Shown here one piece after another: positions 52,831 through 62,769 of a DNA stretch of 64,000 bases. The DNA is from an uncultured Gemmatimonadales bacterium (GTDB lineage: Bacteria; Gemmatimonadota; Gemmatimonadetes; Gemmatimonadales; GWC2-71-9): positions 2,176,001 through 2,240,000 of the forward strand of contig CAVUAK010000001.1 in the NCBI GenBank assembly GCA_963739455.1, read 5' to 3'. The notes under the pieces are model-generated. The model had not been told where the DNA came from, ran no database searches, and saw only the letters and a list, made by a program, of their open reading frames with translations. Each line of letters opens with the position of its first letter. Position 1 is the first letter of the stretch. The translations under genes and the position numbers were made by a program.

Positions 52831-55542
52831 ATGCCGGGTCCTGCGCCTTCCGATCGCGACCTAGCCATCCTCCGGTCGTTCGCCAGTCGCATCGACCCGT
52901 CCGACGCCGGCGCGCACAACAACCTGGGTGTCCTGTATTACCAGAAGGGGATGATCGGCGAGGCCGTCGCCGCGTTTTCGCGCGCGCTCGAGATCGACTC
53001 GCGCATGCAGGTGGCGCAGGACAACCTCGAACTGGCGTATCGAGAGAGCGGTTTCTACGATGGCCGCGTCGCCGAACTGCAGGAACGCCTGCGGCGCACT
53101 CCCGATGATCGCGAGGCGCGCTGGGAACTGGGTCGTGCATACGCCAGCCTGAGCCGGCACGACCTCGCGGCCCAGGCCTTCGAGGAACTGCTTGCCCGGG
53201 CTCCAGCCGATGTGCCCGCCCTCATTCACCTGGGACTGGCCGAGAAGGCACGCGGCCGCATCGAGGCTGCCGGCGGGTGCTTCGCCCTCGCCGCCGAGCT
53301 CGATCCAGGCAGCGCCGTCGCGCGATTCTACCAGGGCGAGACGCTGTACAATCGCGGGCTCAACGATGCGGCACTCGAGGCGCTCGAGGCCGCCATCGCG
53401 CACAATCCCGACTACGCTGAAGCGCACTACCTGCTGGCCTTTGTCTACGGCGACATGGGGCTGCACGAGCGCGCGCTCGCGGCCACGAAGCGGGCGATCG
53501 CGCTGAACCCGATGCTCTCGCGGGCGCAGGCGAATCTTTCGCTCGAGCGGCTGGTGCCCAAGGGAGAAGAGGGCGCGAAGGCGGGGAAGGCGGGGAGGGC
53601 GGGGGGTGCTGGCGTGGGGTCCGACGGCGTGCCGCTGGAGCGGGATCCGCTGGCGCACTACCAGCTCGGGCTCGCCTTCCGGCAGAAGCGCTACTTCGCC
53701 GAAGCGTTGCGCGAGTACCGGATGGCACTCGATGCAGGCGAGGATCGCTCGCTGGTACTGCAGGCAATGGCGGAAGTGCACCTGCTGCGGCGCGATCACT
53801 CGACGGCGCTGGAGCTGTACGACGAGCTGCTGCGGCAGAACCCGAAGGTGCCGAAGCTCTGGAACGAGCGCGGCGTTTGCCTGCACCAGGCGGGGCGCCG
53901 CGACGAGGCGGCGACGGCCTACGAGCACGCGATTGCCGCCGACCGTACCTACGCGCTGGCGTGGAACAATCTCGGCGTGCTGCGGGCCAGTGCCGCCGGG
54001 TCCGATACGGCAATGGCGGCCTTCCGTTCGGCGCTGGAACGGCAGCCCGGCCTGCATGCGGCGCGACTCAACCTGGCCCTGCTGCTCATGCAGAAGCGCC
54101 AGCCGCAGGCGGCACTCGAGGCCTACCGCGAGGTGCTGTCGCGCGACCACGTGAATGCGGTGGCGTGGAACGGGGTCGGCCTGGTGCTGATGGAACTCAA
54201 GCGCTACACCGATGCCCGCAACGCCTTCGGCCGCGCGGTGGAGCATGACCCCGCCCTCGCTGCAGCGCACTACAACCTGAGCTTCACGCTGGGACAGCTC
54301 GGCGACTTCGAGGGCGCGTTGCGCGAAACCAAGCGCGCGCTGGAGCTCGAGTCGTACTACGTGCCGCAGAAGTTCGCGCTGACGATCGACCTGCAGTACG
54401 AGGATCCCACGATCGCAATCGCGCCCGACGTTGCGACTGAGGTGGGACTCGAGTCGCTGGGTGGCGAGTTCGCCTTCGATCCGGGCACCCTCGACGACCT
54501 CTTCGCCGAACTGGCGCCGCCCGAGGCTCCGGTGGTGGCCGCCCGGGTCGAGGATCCCCTCACGCTGGCGCGCGATTACCTGAGCAAGGGGCTGCTCGAG
54601 CTGGCGACGGCCGAGGTGACGCGGGCGCAGGGGCGTGGCGCGGGCCGCGCCGAGGCGCAGACGCTGCTGGGCGAGATCTACGCGCGGCGAGGGCTGCACG
54701 GCGAGGCACTGGAGCGCTTCCGCACGGCGCGCGAATCGAATCCGGGCGACCGGCTCGCGGCACTGGGTGAGCTGCGCGGCCTCGTGGCGCTGGAGCGTGC
54801 CGCCGAGGGTGGCACCCTGGCCGAGCAGCTGCTGGAAGCATTCCCCCGGGATGTTGAGGTGCTGAGCGCCGTCGCGCGCGTGCGCCTGGCCATGGGTGAC
54901 GCAACGCGCGCGCTGAGTGCGGTACAGCTGGCGCAGACTCTCGCGCCCGGCCGCTCCGACCTCCTGCACCTGCAGGCGCGAGTCGCAGTGCGACTGGATG
55001 ACCGTGCCGCAGCGATCGAGGCGTGCCGTCGCGCGCTCGAACTCGACGACTCGCTGGTGCAGGTGTGGTACGAGCTCGGGCGTCTGGAGGAAGGACGCGA
55101 GGGATGGACGGCAGCGCAGGATGCCTATGCGCGCGCACTCGACATCCTTCCCACATATCTCGAGGCAGGGCTGGCGCTGGCGGACCTGCTGCGGCGCCGG
55201 ATGCAGCATCGTCCCGCGCTCGAGGTGCTGGTGGAACTGCTGACCACCGACCCGTACGCGGTGGAAGCGCTGGTGCTGCTGGGCAAGGTGCTGTTCGAGC
55301 AGGGGCGCATCGACGAGGCGCTGGAGGGCTTCGGGCGCGCGCTCCGGTTCAACCCTGAGCATCCGGCGGCACTCTTCCATTCCGGGGACGTGCTGGCGCG
55401 CAAGCGCCGCTTCGAGGATGCGGTTGATGCGTGGGACCGGGTCTCACAGATCGATCCCTCGGGGCCCTTCGCCGCGCCGGCCCGGAGCCGGGCGCGCTCG
55501 GCGCGGGATCTCCGGCACATCTTCGCCGCGCAGCCGGGCTGA
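52831..55542 (+). CDS. Large TPR-repeat protein (903 aa)
   Basis: Many TPR units (AHNNLGVLY, AWNNLG, AWNGVG, AHYNL) in blocks separated by a Gly-rich and an acidic linker; no signal peptide. Confidence 0.9.
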   Translation: MPGPAPSDRDLAILRSFASRIDPSDAGAHNNLGVLYYQKGMIGEAVAAFSRALEIDSRMQVAQDNLELAYRESGFYDGRVAELQERLRRTPDDREARWELGRAYASLSRHDLAAQAFEELLARAPADVPALIHLGLAEKARGRIEAAGGCFALAAELDPGSAVARFYQGETLYNRGLNDAALEALEAAIAHNPDYAEAHYLLAFVYGDMGLHERALAATKRAIALNPMLSRAQANLSLERLVPKGEEGAKAGKAGRAGGAGVGSDGVPLERDPLAHYQLGLAFRQKRYFAEALREYRMALDAGEDRSLVLQAMAEVHLLRRDHSTALELYDELLRQNPKVPKLWNERGVCLHQAGRRDEAATAYEHAIAADRTYALAWNNLGVLRASAAGSDTAMAAFRSALERQPGLHAARLNLALLLMQKRQPQAALEAYREVLSRDHVNAVAWNGVGLVLMELKRYTDARNAFGRAVEHDPALAAAHYNLSFTLGQLGDFEGALRETKRALELESYYVPQKFALTIDLQYEDPTIAIAPDVATEVGLESLGGEFAFDPGTLDDLFAELAPPEAPVVAARVEDPLTLARDYLSKGLLELATAEVTRAQGRGAGRAEAQTLLGEIYARRGLHGEALERFRTARESNPGDRLAALGELRGLVALERAAEGGTLAEQLLEAFPRDVEVLSAVARVRLAMGDATRALSAVQLAQTLAPGRSDLLHLQARVAVRLDDRAAAIEACRRALELDDSLVQVWYELGRLEEGREGWTAAQDAYARALDILPTYLEAGLALADLLRRRMQHRPALEVLVELLTTDPYAVEALVLLGKVLFEQGRIDEALEGFGRALRFNPEHPAALFHSGDVLARKRRFEDAVDAWDRVSQIDPSGPFAAPARSRARSARDLRHIFAAQPG

Positions 55543-55544
55543 TC

Positions 55545-56690
55545 ATGGCTATCGAGGGACCGCTCAAGGAACTGCACATCCATGATGTGTTCCAGCTGCT
55601 GGACCTGGGCCGGAAGACGGGCGTGCTGTGCGTGACCTCTGAGCTGCGGCAGAACTCGGGGATGGTCTACTTCGAGAAGGGGGCAGTGGTCGCTGCGGAG
55701 ATCCGGAGTAATCCGCATCCACTGGGCACGCTCCTGCTGCGCGCCGGCAAGATCGCCGAGGCCGACCTGGCGCGGGCGCGGGCACTGCAGGGCGCGGGTG
55801 ACGGGCGACGGCTGGGCGACATCCTGGTGGACCTCGGCGCGATGAACCGGCGCGACCTCGAGCGGCTGGTGCGCCAGCAGGTGCAGGAAGTCATCTTCGA
55901 GCTGATGAACTGGTCGGAGGGATACTTCTCCTTCGAGGAAACCACCGGGCCGCGGACGAATGCCGAGGCCAGTGTGCGGATCCCGACGGAATCGCTGCTC
56001 ATGGAAGCGGCGCGCCGGATCGACGAATGGTCACGCATCGAGGCCAAGGTGCCGCACCTGGGCGTGGTGCCGCGCTTCGCCGATGCCGACAGCCAGCACG
56101 GGATGCTCGACCTCACGCCCTTCGAGTGGGAAGTGATCGCGACGGTGGACGGAGCACGCGACCTGCGGGCCATCGCCGACAAGCTGGGGCGGGCGGAGTT
56201 CGAGATCGCCCGCACCATCTTCGGCCTCACGAGCACCGGCGTCGTCGTGCTGGATGATCCGACACTGGTTGCCACCGGACCGGAAACCCCGGACGTGACG
56301 CAACTGGTGGTACGAGCAGAGGAGCAGCTGGCTTCGGGTGATGTCGACTCGGCGCGGCTCATCGCTACTGAAGCGACGGCGCGCTTCCCCGATCAGGCCG
56401 GCGCGCATGCGGTGCTCGGGCGCGTGCTGCTGGCGGGCGAGCACTACGCCGAGGCGGAGGAGGCATTTTTCGAGGCGCTGCGGCTCGAACCCTCGTTCGC
56501 ATCGGCGCGGCGGCTTCTCGGGACGGCGCAGGCTGCAAGCGGAAGGTTCGACGAGGCAATCGCCTCGTGGCAGCGCTGGCGGCAGCTGCCGGAGCGTTCG
56601 CCCGAGGAAGTGCAGCTGCAGGACGGGGTCGATCGCCTGCAGGCCGCGGCGCGACTGCTGAGTGACGCGATCAAGGGGTGGTATGACTGA
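55545..56690 (+). CDS. DUF4388 + MshEN-like + wHTH-like + TPR protein
   Basis: MAIEGPLKE..DVFQLL..GRKTGVL; LLMEAARRIDEW; C-terminal TPRs. Confidence 0.85.
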   Translation: MAIEGPLKELHIHDVFQLLDLGRKTGVLCVTSELRQNSGMVYFEKGAVVAAEIRSNPHPLGTLLLRAGKIAEADLARARALQGAGDGRRLGDILVDLGAMNRRDLERLVRQQVQEVIFELMNWSEGYFSFEETTGPRTNAEASVRIPTESLLMEAARRIDEWSRIEAKVPHLGVVPRFADADSQHGMLDLTPFEWEVIATVDGARDLRAIADKLGRAEFEIARTIFGLTSTGVVVLDDPTLVATGPETPDVTQLVVRAEEQLASGDVDSARLIATEATARFPDQAGAHAVLGRVLLAGEHYAEAEEAFFEALRLEPSFASARRLLGTAQAASGRFDEAIASWQRWRQLPERSPEEVQLQDGVDRLQAAARLLSDAIKGWYD

Positions 56691-57498
56691 CCCGATTCGC
56701 GAGCTGACAGCGCAGCTGGCGTCGGACCCGCAGAGCCTCGTCTTCCTCGAGCTGGGTGAGGCGTTGCGAAACCGGGGGCAGCCGGCGGCGGCGTACAAGG
56801 TCGCGCGCATGGGCGTGAACCGGTACCCGGAACTGGCGGCGTCGCACGACCTGCTGGCGCGGGTGCTCGCTGACCAGGGGGACCGTCACGCAGCGGCCGA
56901 GGCTTGGCGGCGCGTGCTGGAGCTGACGCCGGGGCATATCGGTGCCAACAAGGGCCTCGCCTTCCTGGCGTTCCGGGCGGGTGATCCCGAGGGCGCACTG
57001 CCGTTCCTCGAGGCGGCACTCGGTGCGGCGCCGGGAGACGAGGGTCTCGCGGTCGCCGTCGAGCGGGTGCGCACGGCACTGGATGGTGCGGCGGCGCGTG
57101 CCACAGCTGCGGCGGCAGCGAGTGAGCCGAGTGCGCTGCGCGGCGCAGAGGGGTTCGAGCCATTCGAGGATGCTCGCGGCGTCGTGCTGCTGGACACGCA
57201 GGGGCTGCGTCTCGCGGGCACGGTCAACGCGCCCGACGGAAGCGACGTCAGCGATGCGGTCGCGGCGCACCTGCAGGGCGTCTCGCGGGAGGCCGCGCGC
57301 GCGGCGCGACTGCTCGACCTGGGCGCATGGGAGAGTGTCACCGCAGAGTCGGCGGAGGGCCACCTCCTCGTCCTTCCGCCAACGCAGTCCACGGTGCTGC
57401 TCCTGCTGCGGGACGCGCGGGTGCCGGTGGGTCGTCTCGGCCTCATCGCGGAGCAGGCGGCGCGCGCGGCGCGCAGCTGGCTGGAGCGACTGGCGTGA
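56683..57498 (+). CDS. TPR + Roadblock/LC7 domain protein
   Basis: N-terminal TPRs; C-terminal GVVLLDTQGLRLAG...LLLL....PVGRL roadblock pattern. Confidence 0.8.
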   Translation: MTDPIRELTAQLASDPQSLVFLELGEALRNRGQPAAAYKVARMGVNRYPELAASHDLLARVLADQGDRHAAAEAWRRVLELTPGHIGANKGLAFLAFRAGDPEGALPFLEAALGAAPGDEGLAVAVERVRTALDGAAARATAAAAASEPSALRGAEGFEPFEDARGVVLLDTQGLRLAGTVNAPDGSDVSDAVAAHLQGVSREAARAARLLDLGAWESVTAESAEGHLLVLPPTQSTVLLLLRDARVPVGRLGLIAEQAARAARSWLERLA

Positions 57499-57845
57499 AG
57501 AACCTGGGTGAGACGCTCGAGCGGGTGACCCGCGTGGCGGGCATCCGGGGCGCGATGCTGGTGGCGGAGGCGGACGGTCTCGTGGTGGCCGAAGCATTGG
57601 CCGAGGGCCTCGACGGCGGGGCGGTCGCGGCGCTCGCGGCGAGCCTGACGCTCCGGCTCCGCCGCACGGCGATCAGTGCCGGGCTTGCGGTGCCGCAGGT
57701 GGTTCAGCTGCGGGCGGAGCGGGGAACGGTCCTCAGCGTGCCGGTGGGCGACGACCTGCTGCTCGTGGCAGTGGCGGAGCGCGATGCGAACCTGGGGCTC
57801 GCGCGGCTCGAGCTCCGGCAGGCGGCGGCGCAGCTCGGATCATGA
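57495..57845 (+). CDS. Roadblock/LC7 protein (MglB/MglC-like)
   Basis: GIRGAMLV..DGLVVA, AALAA, LVAVA..ANLGLARL. Confidence 0.88.
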   Translation: MKNLGETLERVTRVAGIRGAMLVAEADGLVVAEALAEGLDGGAVAALAASLTLRLRRTAISAGLAVPQVVQLRAERGTVLSVPVGDDLLLVAVAERDANLGLARLELRQAAAQLGS

Positions 57846-58303
57846 GGGTCATCGAGCCGTGGGTGGCCGAGCCGCTGCAGGGGTTCCTCGACGAGTCGGG
57901 TGCGCGGCTCACGCTGCTCATGACGTCAGCGGGCCAGGTGATCGCGCAGGACGGCTTCACCCGCTCGGTGGACGTCATGGCGGCGGCGGCGCTCGGGGCC
58001 GCGATCATGGCATCGACGGACGCGATCGCTGACGTGATGAGCACCGCGGCCTTCGGCGTGGTGCTGCACCAGGGGCCGAAGCAGAGCCTGGTGCTCCGCG
58101 CGTTCTGGACACCGCGCGGTCGATGGATCGGGCTGGTGGTCTTCGGGTCGGAAACGTCGGTGGGGCTGGTGCAGCTCTTCTTCCAGGAGCTGGAGCTCGC
58201 GCTGGCGAAGGCGGCGCCAGCGGAGCCGCCGACGCGGGCCGTGCTGGCGGAAAATTTCGAGCACGAACTCAACGCGAGCTTGCGCTCGCTCTTCGGGCGG
58301 TAG
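57842..58303 (+). CDS. mglB: MglB-like Roadblock protein (putative GAP of MglA)
   Basis: Roadblock fold, HQG, LVVF...SVGLV, C-terminal helix ending LRSLFG; directly upstream of mglA. Confidence 0.82.
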   Translation: MRVIEPWVAEPLQGFLDESGARLTLLMTSAGQVIAQDGFTRSVDVMAAAALGAAIMASTDAIADVMSTAAFGVVLHQGPKQSLVLRAFWTPRGRWIGLVVFGSETSVGLVQLFFQELELALAKAAPAEPPTRAVLAENFEHELNASLRSLFGR

Positions 58304-58306
58304 CGG

Positions 58307-58909
58307 ATGTCGCTGGTCAACTTCACTGCGCGCGAGATCACCTGCAAGATCGTCTACTATGGACCGGGCCGGTCCGGGAAGACGACCAACTTGCAGTACA
58401 TCTTCGGCCGGGTGCCGGACACGCGGCGCGGGCGGATGGTGTCGCTGGCCACGCAGGGTGACCGGACGCTGTTCTTCGACTTCCTTCCCATCGACCTGGG
58501 GAGCATCTCGGGGTTCCAGACCAAGTTCCAGCTGTACACCGTGCCGGGGCAGAGCTACTACAACGCGACGCGGAAGCTGGTGCTGCAGGGGGCCGACGGC
58601 ATCGTCTTCGTGGCCGACAGCCAGGCGCGGCGCTTCGACGACAACCTGGAGAGCCTGCAGAACCTGCAGGAAAACCTGCTGAGCCAGGGCGTGGATGTGC
58701 GGACGATGCCGATCGCGTTCCAGTACAACAAGCAGGACCTGCCGGGCGAGCTGGTGCTGCAGCCGTCGGAGCTGGATGACTCGCTCAATTTCCGCGGGGT
58801 GCCGAGCTTCGGTGCCGACGCGCTGCATGGCAGCGGCGTGTTCGAGACGCTGAAGGGGATCTCCGAGCTCGTGCTGCGCAAGCTGGCTGCGGGAGGGATT
58901 GCCGAATGA
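58307..58909 (+). CDS. mglA: MglA-family small GTPase
   Basis: KIVYYGPGRSGKTTNL, DRTLFFDF (intrinsic Arg), LYTVPGQ (catalytic Gln), VFVADSQ, YNKQD. Confidence 0.95.
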   Translation: MSLVNFTAREITCKIVYYGPGRSGKTTNLQYIFGRVPDTRRGRMVSLATQGDRTLFFDFLPIDLGSISGFQTKFQLYTVPGQSYYNATRKLVLQGADGIVFVADSQARRFDDNLESLQNLQENLLSQGVDVRTMPIAFQYNKQDLPGELVLQPSELDDSLNFRGVPSFGADALHGSGVFETLKGISELVLRKLAAGGIAE

Positions 58910-61147
58910 GCATGCTGCAGGGCGCGCACCGATTCGATGCACTGGTGGTGGGCACGGCCAACCGCACCGCGGTGACGGCCGGCCGCGCCGTGGCGAGTGC
59001 GCCGGGGTCGGCCTACAACCCGTTGCTCATCTACGCGCGGCCCGGCATGGGCAAGACGCACCTGCTCGGCGCCATCGCGCATGAAGTGTTCGCGGTGAAC
59101 CCGGCGGCGCGCATCGAGTTCCTGACACTGGATGAGTTCGTCGAAGGCTTCCATGTCGCCCTGTCCACCGGCCAGAGTGACCGAGTTCCGCGCGCGGTTC
59201 GGCGATGCGGACCTGCTGCTGGTGGACGACATCCAGTTCCTGAGCCGGCAACGGGAAATGCAGTCGGAACTGCTGCGGGTGCTCGACGTGATGCTGGCGG
59301 GGCAGAAGCAGGTGGTGCTCACCAGCGACCGGGCGCCCTCCGAAATCGAGTCGCTCGACGACCGGCTGCTCACGCGGTTTGCCGGGGGCCTGGTGCTCGA
59401 CATCGCCCGACCGGACTACGAGACCCGGGTCGCGATCCTGCACCGCAAGGCGGAGGAGCGCGGCGCGAGCTTCCCCGACGAGGTGCTCGAGGCGGTTGCG
59501 TCGCTCGACATCGAGAGCGTGCGTGAGCTGGTGGGCGCCGTGAACCGGCTGGTGGCATTCCAGGCGGTCAGCGAGGTGCCGATCGATGCCGCACAGGCGC
59601 GGCTGCTCATCGGCGGCCTGCAGTCGGCGGTAGCGGACGACCTGGTGGTGGAACAGGCGGAGACGCTGGAGTTCGCCGGTGTCGGCCATGGCGAGATGGC
59701 GCATGCGGGTGGCGATTCGCGCCGCCTCGTGGCCGACGCGCTTCCCGGGGTGATGCTCGGCCAGTCGGACATGCTGGGCGGCGGTCCCCTGGATGAGCTG
59801 CCCTCGCACGACGAGCCCGACGACGCGCCGCACGATTTCGGGCTGGCGGGCGAGCCGCACGAGTATGCCGACGCGCACGAGTTCTCGGAACCGGGCCCGG
59901 CGAAGCAGCAGCCGGACGAGCTGGGTGAGGGACTGGCCGAGAAGCAGGCCCTGCAGGCCGACCGCGACGAGTTCGGTGATTTCCTGTCCGACCTCGCGGC
60001 CACGCTGGCGCGGCAGGTTGATCCGTGGCGCGCGCGCGTGGGCGAGGCGATCCTGCGCTGGGAGGGCGAGGGCTTCCGCACCTACCGGCTGGAGCGGCTG
60101 CTGGAAGATCCAGAGCCACCCGATCCCGAGTCGGTGATGATCCAGTACGAAGCCGACGCGGAGCAGCTGCTCGAGCTGCGCGCCGAGGCGGAGTCGCTGG
60201 CGCCTGGCATGGCCGGCGCAGCGCAGCTCACCGATCCCGGCAACATGGCGGCGGCCGATGCCTACATGCAGCGGGTGCGCGAGGGCGCGGTGCCGCCGGC
60301 GGGGCCGGTGGAGCACTGGCTGCTCGACGACCTGATCGAGGGCCCGGGGAACCGCATGGCGGTGCGCGCGGCGCTCGCGGCGATTGCCGAGCCGGGGCAG
60401 AAGTACAACCCGATCGTGGTGGTGGGCGGTTCGGGCGTGGGCAAGACACACCTGCTGCACGGCATCGGGAACGCACTGGCGCTGGCGAGCGACGGACACG
60501 TGGCCTGCCTTGGCGCGCACGACTTCACGCAGGAGCTGATCGAGGCGATCGAGCGCGATGCCGTGGCGGCGTGGCGAAATCGCTACCGTCGCTGCTCGGC
60601 GCTGCTGCTCGACGATGTGCACCTCATCGCAGGCAAGGAGCGGACGCAGGAAGAACTGTTCCTGCTGTTCAACCTCTTCCTCGAGTCGAACCGGCAGCTC
60701 GGGTTCACCTCGGCGGTGCCGCTGGCGGAGCTGTCGGGCGTGGAGCCGCGACTGCTGACGCGCCTCGAGGGCGGGCTGGTGGTCGAGTTGCCGCCGCCCG
60801 ACCGCGAGCTCCGCCAGGAACTGGTGGAGCGGACGCTCACGAGCCGCGGCCAGGATGCGGATGCCGAGCTGGTGACGTACATCGCGTCGCGTCCCGCCGA
60901 GTCGGCGCGCGCCGTCCAGGGCTACGTGCAGCGCGTGCTGCACTCGGCCGACTCGCAGCAGGCGAAGCCGAGCGCGGCGCTGGCGCGGGAGGTGCTCGAG
61001 GGCGGCGCGCGCGTGGTGCGGAAGGGCAGCACGCCGGGCCGGTCGATCAGCGTGTCGCCCGCCTCGTCGGGTGGGGTCAAGAGCCACGAGAAGACCGTCT
61101 GGACCTGGCCCACCCTCGCCGATCGCGTGATCGAGGAGTGGAAGTAG
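58906..61147 (+). CDS. Tandem DnaA-like AAA+ protein lacking DNA-binding domain IV (+1 frameshift near 59181)
   Basis: Two copies of YNP..(G)xGKTHLL / LL.DD / RLLTR..GGL, separated by an acidic linker. Confidence 0.88.
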
Positions 61148-61148
61148 C

Positions 61149-62769
61149 ATGGCGATCAAGGGGTCCCTCAAGGAAGCGAGCCTTCCCGACGTCATCCAGC
61201 TGCTCTACCTGGGGCGGCGCACCGGGTGCCTGGCGATCACCGACCGCCAGAACCTGGGCTACATCTACTTCGATGACGGGAAGATCGCGTACGCGTCGAT
61301 CGTGAACCGCCGCGACCGGCTGGGCGACATGCTGGTGCGCAGCAACCGCATCAACGCGGAGCAGCTGCGCCAGGCGATCGACCAGCAGGCGAACGACCGC
61401 GAGGTGCGCCTGGGCGAGATCCTGCTGGGGCAGGGCGCGCTCACGCGGCAGGAACTGGACGACTACATGCGCCTCCAGATCGAGGAGGCGGTCTACTACC
61501 TGTTCACGTGGACCACGGGCGCCTTCAACTTCGAGGCGGGCGTCCGTCCCGATCCGCGCGACTTCCAGGTGCAGATCAACCCCGACTGGCTCCTGCTCGA
61601 GGGCGCGCGACGGGTGGACGAGTGGAGCCTGATCGAGAAGAAGATCCCGAGCTTCGACCTGATCTTCACTGCCGACCAGGCGCGGGTCGAGGCGGCGGGC
61701 GCCCCGCTGTCGGAGCAGGAGCAACTGGTCCTCCCGCTGCTCGATGGCCGGCGCGACGTGCAGCAGGTGGTGGACGAGTCGGGCCTGGTGGAGTTCGTGG
61801 TGGGCCAGGCGCTCTACAGCCTGATCACGGCGGGTTACGCGCATCGCACCGGGTCATCGGCGACCACCATCTCGCCCCGGGTCAACGATTCGCGGGTGGA
61901 GGAGCACCGGAACCTCGGCGTCGCGTTCTACCGCACGGGCATGCTGGACGAGGCGCTGCGCGAGTTCCGGCGGGTCGCGGAACTGCGGCCGACCGAGGGC
62001 AGCGCGCCGTTCTACCTCGGGCTCATCGCGCTGCGGCAGGCCAAGTGGGAAGAGGGCGTCGAGGCGTTCAAGCTGGCGGTGGAGAAGGGCGGCCCGCGCC
62101 CGGCGGCACTGCACAACCTCGGATTCGCACTGGAGCAGCTGGGGCGGCTCGAGGAAGCAGAGGCGGCGTATGGCGACGCCACCAGCCGCGCGCGCGATGA
62201 CCACCGGATCATGCTCGGCTGGGCCATCGCGGCGCTGCAGCGGGGCGAGCACCAGGTGGCGGTGAGCCGACTGGAACGCACGCGCGAGCTGCTGGGCGAG
62301 AAGACGCCGCCGGCGGCGTGGCACTGGGCGATGGCACTGGCCCAGGCGGCGAGCGACGGCCTCGACGCGGCGCTGGAGACGGCGCGCGCGGGCGTCACGG
62401 CATACCCGGAGCAGGCGGTGCTGCGGAACAACCTGGCCGTCCTGCTGGAGCTGCGGGGCGACACCGCCGGCGCGGAGCAGATGCTGAAGCTGGCGTTCTC
62501 GTCCGACCCGGCGCTGCCGCAGGTGTCGAAGAACACCGGCGACCTGCTGTATCGAGCCGGGCGTTATGACGAGGCCTACGAGGCGTACGAACGCGCGTCG
62601 CGCGTCGCGCCCGGAGCTGGGCGACGACCTCTACTTCAAGCTGGGCAACATCGCGTACAAGCGGCGGGACACGGCGCGGGCACGCGCGAGCTGGGAGCAT
62701 GCGACGGAACTGAACCCGGGCCACCAGCTGGCCCGGGCCAACCTCGACATGCTCGCGGCGGAGGCATGA
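61149..62769 (+). CDS. DUF4388 + MshEN-like + TPR protein (+1 frameshift near 62610)
   Basis: MAIKGSLKE..DVIQLL..GRRTGCL; LLLEGARRVDEW; TPRs continue in ORF 62566-62769. Confidence 0.85.

Noticed and set aside
58906..61147. Chromosomal dnaA or oriC
   Set aside because: No domain IV, no dnaN, no AT-rich intergenic region, and no DnaA boxes noticed by eye.
44021..61195. Very long antisense ORFs (44021-46693, 49958-52672, 52861-55380, 59027-61195)
   Set aside because: Shadow frames of GC-rich genes with no recognisable motifs.
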